Shown here: positions 38,639-48,434 of the stretch, in pieces
Numbering within the stretch: the stretch's first letter is position 1
How the letters are laid out: every line of letters begins with the position of its first letter
Origin: Polyangiaceae bacterium
GTDB lineage: Bacteria; Myxococcota_A; Polyangia; Polyangiales; Polyangiaceae
DNA: 64,000 nt
Direction: 5' to 3'
Assembly (NCBI GenBank): GCA_044222475.1
Contig: JBGANF010000022.1
Coordinates: forward strand, 16,134 to 80,133
Translations under genes and position numbers: made by a program
The notes under the pieces: model-generated
What the model saw: the letters and a program-made list of their open reading frames with translations, nothing else
What the model was told of the DNA's origin: nothing
Databases searched by the model: none

Positions 38639-39403
38639 ATGGGCCGAGCGCGGGGTGTGGGTGTGTTGGCTACATGGGTGATGGCCGGCGGATTGATGGC
38701 CTGCGGGGGGGGACGCCCCGACCAGGATCCAGGCGTCGTGGACTCGCTCCCCAGCACGACCGACTGCGCGCGGTCTGGTGTGGATGGAGTCACCTGCTAC
38801 CCGACGCGGGGCATCGGGGACGAGGCGCGGCCGCTCACCACGAGTGAGCGCATCGCCGTCGGGGATGGATACGGTGACCGAATCGCGAACCTGAAGTTCG
38901 TTGGTTTCGGTGCGACCACGACCGAGGTCCCGATCGACACGGCGCACGGGACGACGGTCGTACAGCTCGCCGACTACTTCGATCCGAAGGCCGAGCGCTA
39001 CTCGCTCATCGTGTTGAACGCGTGCACGCGTTGGTGTTCGTACTGCAACCAGCTCGCCGACGAGCTTGCCGCCGGCGCGGCGTCCGAGCACGCGCGGAAG
39101 GGCGTGGTGTTCATTCAAGCGATCACCGAGGGCTTCGACTACGCGCCCGCCACGACGACGGACATCGAGGCATTCACCCGGGACCACCGGGCGAGCTTCA
39201 CCGTCGTCGCCGATCCCGGTGGACGGACGCTCGCGCCATACACCGGCTTGCCGGTGTATCCGTTCCTGATCGTCATCGACGCGAGGACGATGGAGATCGT
39301 GCAGTACGAGCGGGGCGCTCCCCGCGACTGGTCCGCGTACCTCGACACGGCGCTGGCGAGGGTGGGAAGTCGGGGACACCGTGAGGTCCACCTAGTGGCT
39401 TGA
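38639..39403 (+). CDS. Thioredoxin-fold (redoxin) lipoprotein
   Basis: LMAC lipobox; WCSYC; YP..IVIDARTMEI. Confidence 0.8.
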   Translation: MGRARGVGVLATWVMAGGLMACGGGRPDQDPGVVDSLPSTTDCARSGVDGVTCYPTRGIGDEARPLTTSERIAVGDGYGDRIANLKFVGFGATTTEVPIDTAHGTTVVQLADYFDPKAERYSLIVLNACTRWCSYCNQLADELAAGAASEHARKGVVFIQAITEGFDYAPATTTDIEAFTRDHRASFTVVADPGGRTLAPYTGLPVYPFLIVIDARTMEIVQYERGAPRDWSAYLDTALARVGSRGHREVHLVA

Positions 39404-39418
39404 AACTCGGGGCCCCGA

Positions 39419-39742
39419 TTGGGCACACTGCGAGGGGTGAGCCTTCGCGACGAGCTCGAGGCATCTCTTGGTCCGGTTCGACTCTCCGACTTGCGTGCCC
39501 ACCTCGCACGCGACGGCGTGATCGTCGTCGCACCCTCCCTCGATCTGCTCGAGGTCGGCGAGGCGCTCGCCCGCGACGACAAGGCGACGGTGGGGCGATG
39601 GATCGAGTCCGGTGAGCTCACGAAGCCGTCGCTCGCGACGATCGAGGCGTGGTCGAAGGTGGACGGCGACGCATGGACCGCCCTCGTCGTGCAGCCGTTC
39701 GTGCTGGTCCAGGAGACGTCCGCCGCAGAAGCACGGGCCTGA
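39419..39742 (+). CDS. DUF2288 family protein
   Basis: DLRAHLARDGVIVV..LDLLEVG.A.A.DD...V..W...ALVVQPFVLVQ. Confidence 0.8.
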   Translation: MGTLRGVSLRDELEASLGPVRLSDLRAHLARDGVIVVAPSLDLLEVGEALARDDKATVGRWIESGELTKPSLATIEAWSKVDGDAWTALVVQPFVLVQETSAAEARA

Positions 39743-41619
39743 TGCCGGGCTTCCGTGTCCTGCCCAACGCCGAATGCACCGAGGCCATCGTGTGCGACGA
39801 CACGGCGTGCACCGACGAAGCACTCGCCAACGGTCGCGCCCATCTCCCCGATGATCTGAGGTGGACCGAGGGCGAGGCTCCTCTGTGCCACGCCCCGACG
39901 ACGATCGCCGGCTCGCAGTCGACCGTCGTCGCGCTCGTGATGCCGGCCGTGGGATTGCTGCTCCTCGCCGCCGCCATTCGTCGCGGTGCGGTCGTTCGGG
40001 AGCTGACGCGCCGGCGTCGGGCGCTGGCGGCGGTGCTGGGCGCATCGACCTTCGGGTTGGCGCTCGCATGGCATGGGCGCATCTCTCCGGTTCATTGGGT
40101 CCGCGGTCACGTGTTCGTGGTGGCCGCCATCGCGGCGACCGCGATCCTCGCCGGTTGGCTCGCAACGCGCGCGGTGTCGCGCGCTGCCGGGTGGCCTTCG
40201 GTCGCCGCCGCTGCGCTCCTACCGCTCGTGCCGGGCGCGGTAGTTGCAGAGTACACGCGAGCGACGAACGCCCACTACATCGCGTGGCTCTGGAGCAGTT
40301 GGGGCTTCATCACCCGAGCGCGATCGCTCGCGGAGGACGTCGACGAGATGGGCGCGCCTTGGGTCGTCGGGCTCGCCGGGACCGCCGCGGTGTTCGTCGC
40401 GGCGGCGATCGTCGACGCCGCCGATGCACCCCCGATCCGGTGGCCGCGTGCGCTGGGAGGCGCTGCGCTCCTCGGGGTCGCGTACGCGACCGCGTTCGCG
40501 CGGTCGTTGGGGGTCGGTCCAGCGCTGGCGCTGGTGCTCGCGCTCGCCGTCGGGTTCCTCGCTCGCGGCGCCCGTCCGTGGGCCGTCGTCGCTGCGGTCA
40601 CGAGCATCGGCGTCGTCGCGATCTCCGCGACGGTACGCGACGCCGTCGGGATGATCGGGTGGGAGGACGGATGGCCCGATCGTCTCGCGTGGATCGCGCG
40701 CGCGACGTGGTCGAGCGAGTGGCTGCCGCTCGTCGTCGCCGCGTCGGCGACGTTCGTCGTTCTGTCGTCGTCGGCGCGGGATCCGGCGCCCTCGCGCGCA
40801 GATCCGCTTCGCAGCATCGTGGCGCTGGCGGCGGTCTGCTTCCTCTCGATCGGGCCGCTACGCATGGCACTTTACGTCACGCGCATCGCGGGGGTTGCGT
40901 CGCGTTTCGCCGCGGCGGCAGCGGACCTCGACGCGCCGCGGGTCGTCGACTCCGATCACGACGAGCTCGCGCCCGACGTGTTCGCCGTTCGCGCGTCGGG
41001 CGTCACGCGCGCCAACCTCGACGACGACGAAGCATGGACCGAAGCGCCTCCCGCGACGCCCATCCAGCGCGCACTTCCGACGCTCGTCGCGATGCGCGGT
41101 GACACGACGGTCGACGCGGCGCGAGCGCGGATGGCCGCGCTGCGCGGTCCGCTCGCGACCATGTTCCTGCTCGTCCGAACCGACCCGCCGCCGGTAGGCC
41201 GGCTCGCGACGGCGTTCGTCGGCGCGCCGATTCGGTCGATCCCGATCGTCTTCGCGATCGATCCGGAGCAGCTCGACGAAAAGCTTCGTCATGCCGTCGT
41301 CGTGCGCCCGATCGACGAACGGACGTTCGCAGTGACGGGACAACGGAACGACACCGACGTCGTCCCGAGCTCCGCCGTCGCCGCCACGGTCGCGGCGAAA
41401 TGCCGCTTCCCGTCGGCCATGAACCACCCGAACCCTCTCCTGTTCCTCGTCGTTCCCGGCGCCCGCACCTTGAACGAAGTGCTCGCCCTCACCGCGCAGC
41501 TCCTCCCGCAGCTCGACTTCATGCACTTCGGTGGTGGGGGCGTGTGCCGCTTCCGCGCGCTCGCGCTCGAGCCCGATCCTCTTCACTCCCGCTCGTCTTT
41601 TGCAGCGCCACCGCAATGA
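39742..41619 (+). CDS. Hypothetical multi-pass membrane protein
   Basis: Multiple hydrophobic segments followed by a soluble domain; start may be 39940. Confidence 0.55.
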   Translation: MPGFRVLPNAECTEAIVCDDTACTDEALANGRAHLPDDLRWTEGEAPLCHAPTTIAGSQSTVVALVMPAVGLLLLAAAIRRGAVVRELTRRRRALAAVLGASTFGLALAWHGRISPVHWVRGHVFVVAAIAATAILAGWLATRAVSRAAGWPSVAAAALLPLVPGAVVAEYTRATNAHYIAWLWSSWGFITRARSLAEDVDEMGAPWVVGLAGTAAVFVAAAIVDAADAPPIRWPRALGGAALLGVAYATAFARSLGVGPALALVLALAVGFLARGARPWAVVAAVTSIGVVAISATVRDAVGMIGWEDGWPDRLAWIARATWSSEWLPLVVAASATFVVLSSSARDPAPSRADPLRSIVALAAVCFLSIGPLRMALYVTRIAGVASRFAAAAADLDAPRVVDSDHDELAPDVFAVRASGVTRANLDDDEAWTEAPPATPIQRALPTLVAMRGDTTVDAARARMAALRGPLATMFLLVRTDPPPVGRLATAFVGAPIRSIPIVFAIDPEQLDEKLRHAVVVRPIDERTFAVTGQRNDTDVVPSSAVAATVAAKCRFPSAMNHPNPLLFLVVPGARTLNEVLALTAQLLPQLDFMHFGGGGVCRFRALALEPDPLHSRSSFAAPPQ

Positions 41620-41681
41620 ATCGTGCGCGGCGCTGACGAATTCGGCGAACCAGCGCGCGTCACCGGTGTCCAACCGTGGTC

Positions 41682-42092
41682 ATGCGCCACCCCCACGACG
41701 TCCTTGGTGTCGAGGCCGACGCCGACCTGCCCACCATCAAGCGAGCGTTCCGCGCGCTCGCCAAGGAGCTCCACCCGGATCGCAACGCCGACCCGAGCGC
41801 CGGCGTTCGGTTTCGTGAGCTCCTCGAAGCGTACGATCAGGCGGTCAAAGACGCTGCCGCACGAGCGACGTGGGCGAGCCTGCGCCCGAGCGCGCCACAC
41901 GAGGCGAGCGCGGTCGACTTCGATGCCGTCGGCCCGACGCCGTACGCGGCCGGTGACGACGAGCTGCGCGGCGTCTCGCCGGCGGCGTTCTGCACCGCCG
42001 CCTACCAGGAGCGCCTCACGCGCATCGTCGTGAGCAGTCTCGTGGGTAGCGTCGTGATGTTGTTCGTGTCGTCGGTGCTGAGTCACTTCTAG
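41682..42092 (+). CDS. DnaJ (J-domain) protein with C-terminal TM
   Basis: VLGV..IKRAFRALAKELHPDRN...EAY. Confidence 0.85.
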   Translation: MRHPHDVLGVEADADLPTIKRAFRALAKELHPDRNADPSAGVRFRELLEAYDQAVKDAAARATWASLRPSAPHEASAVDFDAVGPTPYAAGDDELRGVSPAAFCTAAYQERLTRIVVSSLVGSVVMLFVSSVLSHF

Positions 42093-42099
42093 CGGTCGC

Positions 42100-43011
42100 T
42101 CAGGCGACGGTCACCACCACGTTGCCCTTCTTGTGCCCCGCGTCGACGTAGCGGTGCGCTTCGACGATGTCCTCGAGCGGGTACGTCCGATCGATCACTG
42201 CCGTCAGCTTGCCCGCCTGCGCGAGCTTGGCGAGCTCGTCGAGGTCGTCGGCCTCGAACTTCGCGGAGCCCATGACGGACACGAAGCGTCCACCCTTCTT
42301 CAGCGCGCGCTTGCCGAGCGACGACTTGCACTTGCCTGCTGCGTCGAAGACGACGTCGAACACTGGCCCCTCTGCGGTGAAGTCTCGCGTCGTGTAGTCG
42401 ATCACCGCGTCGGCACCGAGAGACTCGACCAACGCCGCGTTCGGCGCGCTGCAGACCGCCGTGACGTTGGCGCCGATCTGCTTCGCCAGCTGCACGGCGT
42501 ACGTCCCCACGCTCCCGGACGCGCCGTGGACGAGGATCCGCTCGCCGGAGCGAAGGCCGGCGAGTCGGAGGAACGCGCGCGCCGTCAGCGCACCGACCGG
42601 CATGGCCGCGGCCTGCTCGAAGCTCAGGTTGCCAGGCTTGAGCGAGACGAGGCCCACATCGAAGATCTTCCCGTGCATGCGCAAGCAGCAGTAGTCGGCG
42701 TGGCCACCGAAGCCGAAACCGGTGAACGCGAACACCTCGTCGCCGGGTCGGAATCGCTGCACGTCCTTGCCGACGGCATCCACGACGCCGGCGAGCTCGA
42801 AGCCGAGGATGGTCACCTTCTTCGGCCTCGAGAGGCCATTGAAGATGCGCGCCAGGAACGGATCGGCGCGACGCAGCCGCGAATCTCCAGCGGTGACGGT
42901 GGTGGCGCGAACGCGCACCAAGATCTCGTCGTCCCCGGGCGCGGGCTTGGCCACGTCCTCGATACGAACGACATCGGGAGATCCGTAGCGCGCATACACG
43001 GCTGCTCTCAT
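42100..43011 (-). CDS. NAD(P)-dependent MDR oxidoreductase (quinone reductase/ADH-like)
   Basis: YGSPDVV, LGFELAG, GASGSVG, IDRTYPLE, GHKKGNVV. Confidence 0.92.
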   Translation of the reverse strand: MRAAVYARYGSPDVVRIEDVAKPAPGDDEILVRVRATTVTAGDSRLRRADPFLARIFNGLSRPKKVTILGFELAGVVDAVGKDVQRFRPGDEVFAFTGFGFGGHADYCCLRMHGKIFDVGLVSLKPGNLSFEQAAAMPVGALTARAFLRLAGLRSGERILVHGASGSVGTYAVQLAKQIGANVTAVCSAPNAALVESLGADAVIDYTTRDFTAEGPVFDVVFDAAGKCKSSLGKRALKKGGRFVSVMGSAKFEADDLDELAKLAQAGKLTAVIDRTYPLEDIVEAHRYVDAGHKKGNVVVTVA

Positions 43012-43022
43012 CGTTGCCTCCC

Positions 43023-45731
43023 TCACGCCATGGCGGTGAGCTCTTCGAACGCCGAGTAGTACGACGCTCGGAACTCGGCCAGCGTCGACGCTCCGGCCAC
43101 CGAGCGGTGCGTGACGACGTTGCGGACTTGCGCGAGGACCTGGAGCTTGTGCGCGAGCTTCACTGCTCGATCGGCGCTCGTGCACGTCACCGCGAGCACG
43201 TTCTTCGGGCCGGACGGGTGATCGACCGCGAGGAACAGCATCATTCGCGACCAATCGGTGACCGAGATCGGCGAGTCGAGCTGCTTGAGCCTGCGCTCCT
43301 GATACTCGCGCATGGAGTTTACCACCGACCGCAGCGGGAGCTCGATCGAGAGCGTGCCGACCTTCACCGACTCGGGCCATCGCTCGGCGAGCCACCGTTG
43401 GTACGCGGGCCACGACGAACCGAGCAGACGATCGGTGAGCTCCCACAGCTGGCTCGGCCGATCCTGCAGCGCGCGCAGGCGCGGGCCGAGCCACGCGTGC
43501 ATGTACCCCTCGAGGCACTTCATCCAGAGGATGATCGGTGCCGACATGTCCGCGTCGACACCGCTCGCGGTCTGGAGCATCTCCGCCGTGCGCAGGCTTC
43601 GCCCGAGCGGCTCGAATCCGCGAGCCGCCTTGAGCTTCGTCCACGTCGGGAACGAGGCCGCTATCGCGGCGTCGACCGAGGCACCCGTCGACGCGACCGG
43701 GCGCGTCGCCTCGAGCGCGCTCACCTTCAGCTCGAGGAGGATCTCGTACACCGGATCGTCCTGCGAGATCCGCGTGAGCGCCGCGTCGAGCGCCTCGACG
43801 ACGCCGTCTCCCGTCGGGGCGTCGATGCGACGTGCCAACCGGAGCGCAGCGTCGCGGTCGGGCGTTCGCGAGACGAAATCGATCACCCGCAGCGTCGCCG
43901 ACGGGATCTTCTGCGCGAGCAGAGCCTCGGTGGCGCGCTCTTGAACGGCGGGGTCGGCGTCGGTCAGAGACTTCGCGAGCGCAGCCTCTTGGCCGCCGAT
44001 GCGCCCGAGCGCGATCACCGCACGCTCGCGGACGCGCGGCGACGGATCGCGCGCGAGCTCGATGAGCGGCTCGGCCGGTACGTTCGTCCCGAGCGAGGAC
44101 ACGCGCGCGGCTGCCGCGCGAACGCGGGCATCGGCCGCGCCGAAGAGCTTCTTCAAGCGATCGCTGGCTCGCGCGAGCGACGGCGGTGCGGAGGGCGGTC
44201 CCTCGGTAGGGTGTTCCACGCTCTTCTCCATCGCGCGGCTCACGGCGTCGAGCGCCTCCGGGTCGTCTTCTTGGTTCCACAGGTGCACGAGATCGGCGAA
44301 GCGCGCCGGCGCGCCGATCTCGCCGAGGCCGACGAAAGCCGCCACGCGTAGGTCGGAGCGATCCACCTCGCGCCGCGCGAGCTCGACGAGCTCCGGAACG
44401 AGCGCCCGGCAGTCGAGGTTCCCGGCGACGTACGCGGCTCGACGCCGAACCGACGGATCGCCGTCGACGAGCGTCTTCTTGACGATCGCTTCGACGCGCG
44501 CGCGATCGGCCGGTTCCATGCTTCGCGGTCGCGCTGCGAGTTGGAGCGCCCAGAGAAGCGCGCCGCGCACGCTCGGCGCGTGATCGTCGGCGAGGTGGCC
44601 GAGTCGATCGAGGAGCAGCGCGAGCGGCGCGAACGCGCCGATCGTCTGCGTCGCCGCGACGCGCACTGCAGGCTCCGGCGAAGTAGCCAGATCGACGAGG
44701 ACGTCGCGCTCCCACGGCTCGTTGGCTTCGATCGAGCCCGCGGCGCGCGCGCGAACGCGTACGTCGTGGGCTTCGTCCTTCGCGACGCGCGCCAAGAACG
44801 TGGTGACCTCGGGTGCGCGGACCTCGGCGACGATTTGGATCACGCCCTCTGCGTCGTCCGCGAGGAGCAGCTCGGCCTGCGCGAGGACGTCGGCGACCGG
44901 CATGGTCCGCAGGCGGCGCGCGAGCGCGGCGCGGGCGGCGCGATCCGTCTCGGTGAGCGCGGCGAGGATGCGCTCCCCGGCGTCGCGCTTCAGCTCGGAC
45001 TCGAGGGCCCGCGAGACGAGCGCGGCGATGATCCGCAGCGCCGCGCTCTCGTGGCGGACGAGCTTGCGCAACGTCTTGGTGACGCCGGGGTTGCCGATCT
45101 CGGCGAGGTAGCGCACCGCAGCGACGACGACCTCTTGCGGCGGATCGTGGGCGAGCGCGGCGAGCGCGGACGCTTCGCCGACGTTGGACCGAATCTCCGC
45201 GAGCGCGGCGAGCGCGGCGGTCGGCTCGCTCTCCACGAGCTCCGCGACCCGCACCGCGGCGCTCTGCGCGCCCATTCGTCCGAGCGCAGCGATCGCGGCG
45301 AGTCGCAGCGTGCGGCTCGTGTCGTCGCGTAGAAAACCGGCGACGGTCTCTTCGAGCGCCGGGAACGCGAGACCACCGGCGGCGGTGATCGCGGCCTCGA
45401 CGACGGACTCGTCGTCGTCCGAGATGCGGCTGTGCACGTAGGGCATCAGCCAGACGTTTCGAAACCCGAGGCCCATCGCGTGGAGGAGCTGCACTCGCTC
45501 GGGCGGGGCATCGGCTTCGCGCGCGATCGAGAGCAGGACGAACGCCGCGCGCTCTGCGATCTCCCAGGGCGCGGAGTACGCGCGGCCCGCGAGCGAGCCG
45601 AGCGCGCGACACGCGTCCATTCGGGCGTTCGACGTCGGCGCCTCGTGGGCGGCGCGCTCGAGCTTGGCGAGCGCGTCTTTCGGCGTGATCTGCTCGTCCT
45701 CGAGAGCGCGCTGCACCGTGCGTGCGTCCAT
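43023..45731 (-). CDS. HEAT-repeat protein with C-terminal HEPN-like domain
   Basis: Many D...VR..A..ALG repeats; C-terminus has DMS..II..KCLE and RNVVTH. Confidence 0.8.
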   Translation of the reverse strand: MDARTVQRALEDEQITPKDALAKLERAAHEAPTSNARMDACRALGSLAGRAYSAPWEIAERAAFVLLSIAREADAPPERVQLLHAMGLGFRNVWLMPYVHSRISDDDESVVEAAITAAGGLAFPALEETVAGFLRDDTSRTLRLAAIAALGRMGAQSAAVRVAELVESEPTAALAALAEIRSNVGEASALAALAHDPPQEVVVAAVRYLAEIGNPGVTKTLRKLVRHESAALRIIAALVSRALESELKRDAGERILAALTETDRAARAALARRLRTMPVADVLAQAELLLADDAEGVIQIVAEVRAPEVTTFLARVAKDEAHDVRVRARAAGSIEANEPWERDVLVDLATSPEPAVRVAATQTIGAFAPLALLLDRLGHLADDHAPSVRGALLWALQLAARPRSMEPADRARVEAIVKKTLVDGDPSVRRRAAYVAGNLDCRALVPELVELARREVDRSDLRVAAFVGLGEIGAPARFADLVHLWNQEDDPEALDAVSRAMEKSVEHPTEGPPSAPPSLARASDRLKKLFGAADARVRAAAARVSSLGTNVPAEPLIELARDPSPRVRERAVIALGRIGGQEAALAKSLTDADPAVQERATEALLAQKIPSATLRVIDFVSRTPDRDAALRLARRIDAPTGDGVVEALDAALTRISQDDPVYEILLELKVSALEATRPVASTGASVDAAIAASFPTWTKLKAARGFEPLGRSLRTAEMLQTASGVDADMSAPIILWMKCLEGYMHAWLGPRLRALQDRPSQLWELTDRLLGSSWPAYQRWLAERWPESVKVGTLSIELPLRSVVNSMREYQERRLKQLDSPISVTDWSRMMLFLAVDHPSGPKNVLAVTCTSADRAVKLAHKLQVLAQVRNVVTHRSVAGASTLAEFRASYYSAFEELTAMA

Positions 45732-45791
45732 CAGGTCCGAGAGTACGTTCAAATCGGCTTCGCCGGCGAGCCATCGAGGTACGATCGCGAC

Positions 45792-46094
45792 ATGGCCGAA
45801 ACGAACCTCGCGCACCTCGACGCCATCGCGCGCAGCATCGCGCCCTGGGTGCCACACCCGGCGCTCACCGTGAACCAGGCGACGCTTCGCGTCGTGAAGT
45901 ACGACGCGCAAGGCCCCGAAGTGCACCATCACGACGTCGACGAGTGCTACGTCGTGCTCGAAGGCGAGCTCGTGATCGAGATCGTGGGCGCACCCACGAC
46001 CCATCTGAAGAAGGGCGACGCGTTCGTCGTCCGCGCGGGGACGGGGCATCGCCCGATGGCGCTTCCGACGGCGTCGGTCCTGCTGATTACGTAG
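45792..46094 (+). CDS. Cupin domain protein
   Basis: HHH..DECYVVLEG, GDAFVVRAGTGHRP. Confidence 0.88.
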   Translation: MAETNLAHLDAIARSIAPWVPHPALTVNQATLRVVKYDAQGPEVHHHDVDECYVVLEGELVIEIVGAPTTHLKKGDAFVVRAGTGHRPMALPTASVLLIT

Positions 46095-46959
46095 GGATCG
46101 CGGCGATCACCGCGGCGGCATCGACGGGGACGCCGATCGCCCGGAGACCGGGCAGGAACACGTCGGGGACGAACTTGCGGTAGAGGTCTTGCTCCTCGCG
46201 CATCGAGCACACGCCGTGGACGGCGAGCCGCGTGTCGTCGTTGGTGACGTCGACGGCGGCGGGCGCTTCGTCGGTGCCGAAGAGGTTCGCGCCGATCCCC
46301 GCGACGTACGAGGGGATGGCTTCGGCGACCATGCGTCGCGTGGTGTCGTCGGTCGTCTTGAAGGCGTGCGCGAGGTACGCCCAACCGACGCGCGCGTGGA
46401 CGATCTCGTCGGCGAGGAACACCGTGAGGACGCCATGAACGACCGGGTCGACGGCGCGATTGCGCAGCATCGCGAGCTCGGTGCATGCGAACGTCTCGCC
46501 GAGGCACGACAGCAAGATCGCCGAGCGACACGCCTGGGCGACGGCCGTCAACGACTCGTCGGCTGGGAGCGCCGAGATCTCGCGCGGGAGCGGCGGTTGC
46601 TCGCCGCCGTAGATCTCGACCATCTTCACCGCGAGCTCGGTGTGACGGAGCTCGTCGATGCAGACGCGGTGACAGACCGCGACGAGATCGACGGGAGCGC
46701 CGGCGGCGATGAAGTCGAAGCTGAGCGTCGAGAAGCCGGTGATCGACCGATACTCGGTCGGGATGCGCTCGCCCCAGATGCGGGCGAGCTCCGCCTTCAT
46801 GTCGGGGTCGAGCTTGGGCGCGTGCGTCTCGGCCCACGGGATCGGCCGGTGAAAGCCGCGCATGAGGCGGGCGTACTCGGTGCGCATCGGCGTGTCGGAG
46901 ATCCACGCCGCCGCGTCGGCTGGAAACAACTCGATCGGCTCTTGCTCAGCGGCGAGCAC
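46087..46959 (-). CDS. Ferritin-like diiron domain protein
   Basis: EYRS, DELRH, GETFA, DEIVH diiron ligand pattern; start may be 46980. Confidence 0.82.
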   Translation of the reverse strand: MLAAEQEPIELFPADAAAWISDTPMRTEYARLMRGFHRPIPWAETHAPKLDPDMKAELARIWGERIPTEYRSITGFSTLSFDFIAAGAPVDLVAVCHRVCIDELRHTELAVKMVEIYGGEQPPLPREISALPADESLTAVAQACRSAILLSCLGETFACTELAMLRNRAVDPVVHGVLTVFLADEIVHARVGWAYLAHAFKTTDDTTRRMVAEAIPSYVAGIGANLFGTDEAPAAVDVTNDDTRLAVHGVCSMREEQDLYRKFVPDVFLPGLRAIGVPVDAAAVIAAIPT

Positions 46960-47302
46960 GCACCGCTCCAGCGAAACCACGGGTGGGCATCTGCCTCGTT
47001 GCGGTCGGCGGGGTGCGCGGACGAACGGTGGCGGTGGGCGGAGCCGTCTCGGTCGCGGTCGCGGTCGGGACGGCGGTTGCGCTGGCCGTCGCGCTGGCGG
47101 TCGCGCTGGGTGTGGCCGTCGCCGATGCGGAGGGGGTCGGCGGGAGCGTCACGGTCGACCCGCTGGGGAGCGGCTGCGAGTCGCCCGGAGGCGGAGTCTC
47201 GGCGGGTGGCGTGCAGGCCGCGATCAGCGCGGGCGTGAGCATCGCGGCGCTCATCACCGAACGGACGACATCGTTGATGGGTGACCGACCTTGGTACGAC
47301 AT
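46946..47302 (-). CDS. Small lipoprotein with Thr/Ala/Pro tether and short C-terminal motif
   Basis: IAAC lipobox; lies between the radical SAM and ferritin-like genes. Confidence 0.65.
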   Translation of the reverse strand: MSYQGRSPINDVVRSVMSAAMLTPALIAACTPPAETPPPGDSQPLPSGSTVTLPPTPSASATATPSATASATASATAVPTATATETAPPTATVRPRTPPTATRQMPTRGFAGAVRARR

Positions 47303-47311
47303 GGCCAAAGT

Positions 47312-48418
47312 CTACACTGAAGACGCGATCGGCAAGCGTCGTTTCGGCGAGCTCGGCGAGCTCTCCCACTCGACGAACGGATCGACCGAGTGGTCGCCCT
47401 TGACCCACGCCGCCGCTGCGCCGCATCCGCCGCCGCATGTCGTCTCGTGTGCGCAGCCCCGGCAGTACGCCGGCAGCATGGCCCGATAGCGATGAGGGTC
47501 GCCGGGGGCGAACAGCTGGGCGACGTCGAGCGCGGGATCGAGCACGTCGCGCGCGCCGTCGATCGGATCGCGGTGCAGCGCGCAATGTCGAATCTCGCCC
47601 TTCGGACCGAGCGCGAACTCTTGGCGAGGCGTCCCGATCGGGCAGTCGTGGAAGTCGATCTCCGGAAAGCGCGTCAGCTCGACGGCGCACGGGGGGATCG
47701 GCATCGTCGAGAAGAGGATGACCTTCGGGTCGACGCGCGCGATCGCGGCCGCGGCTTCGAGCGCTCGGGAGACGTCCTCGCGCGAGGGCATGAGCTCGCG
47801 CGCGAGCGCCGTCGCATATCCGGCCGGGCTGAAGCGACTCAGCGCGATCTTACGCACGCCGAGGGACAGGAAGAGGCGCAACGTCTCCGTGACGCGGTCG
47901 ACGTTGCGGCGCGTGAGGACGATGGAACCTTCGACCGGGACGCGCGCGGCCCGCAGCAGGCCGATCCCGCGCACGGTCGCGTCGAAGTGCTGCCCGCCGA
48001 CTTGCGCGTCGTGCAGGGCGGCGTCCGGTCCGTTCAGGGTGACGAGCACCGACATGAGGCGGTACCGCGCGAGCTTCGTCGCGATCTCTTTCGTGACGAG
48101 CGCAGCGTTCGAGATCATCTGCGCGCGAACGTGCTTCTTCCGCAGGTGATCGAGGACCGGAAACAGGTCGCGGCTCGCGAGGGGCTCGCCGCCGGTGATC
48201 GTGACGTGCTCGAGCGAGACGGAGGCGAGCACGCGATCGATTCGAGCGATCAGCGTCGCGAGCTCGGGTGTGCCGACCGCGGCGCCGCCGTCCTCGCGCC
48301 AGGCATTGTAGCAATAGTCGCAGTGCTGGTTGCAGAACGCCGTCAGCTCGATGGCGAGCGAGTGCACGCGAGGTTGCGCAGGCGTCCAGGTCGAAGAGGC
48401 CAAGGCTGAAGCGTACAC
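47312..48418 (-). CDS. Radical SAM protein with SPASM-type C-terminal domain
   Basis: CNQHCDYC, TGGEP; CPIG...C...CRGC.....CGGGC; start uncertain. Confidence 0.9.
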   Translation of the reverse strand: MYASALASSTWTPAQPRVHSLAIELTAFCNQHCDYCYNAWREDGGAAVGTPELATLIARIDRVLASVSLEHVTITGGEPLASRDLFPVLDHLRKKHVRAQMISNAALVTKEIATKLARYRLMSVLVTLNGPDAALHDAQVGGQHFDATVRGIGLLRAARVPVEGSIVLTRRNVDRVTETLRLFLSLGVRKIALSRFSPAGYATALARELMPSREDVSRALEAAAAIARVDPKVILFSTMPIPPCAVELTRFPEIDFHDCPIGTPRQEFALGPKGEIRHCALHRDPIDGARDVLDPALDVAQLFAPGDPHRYRAMLPAYCRGCAHETTCGGGCGAAAAWVKGDHSVDPFVEWESSPSSPKRRLPIASSV

Positions 48419-48434
48419 GGGCGCCGGTGCTTGG

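Noticed and set aside
30979..39403. Selenocysteine recoding in the redox genes (trxC, peroxiredoxin, redoxin)
   Set aside because: Active-site positions are ordinary Cys codons; no in-frame TGA
43012..45855. N-terminal extension of the 1251-aa ORF as a giant fusion
   Set aside because: Alternate frame of the HEAT gene; the MDR enzyme starts at 43011
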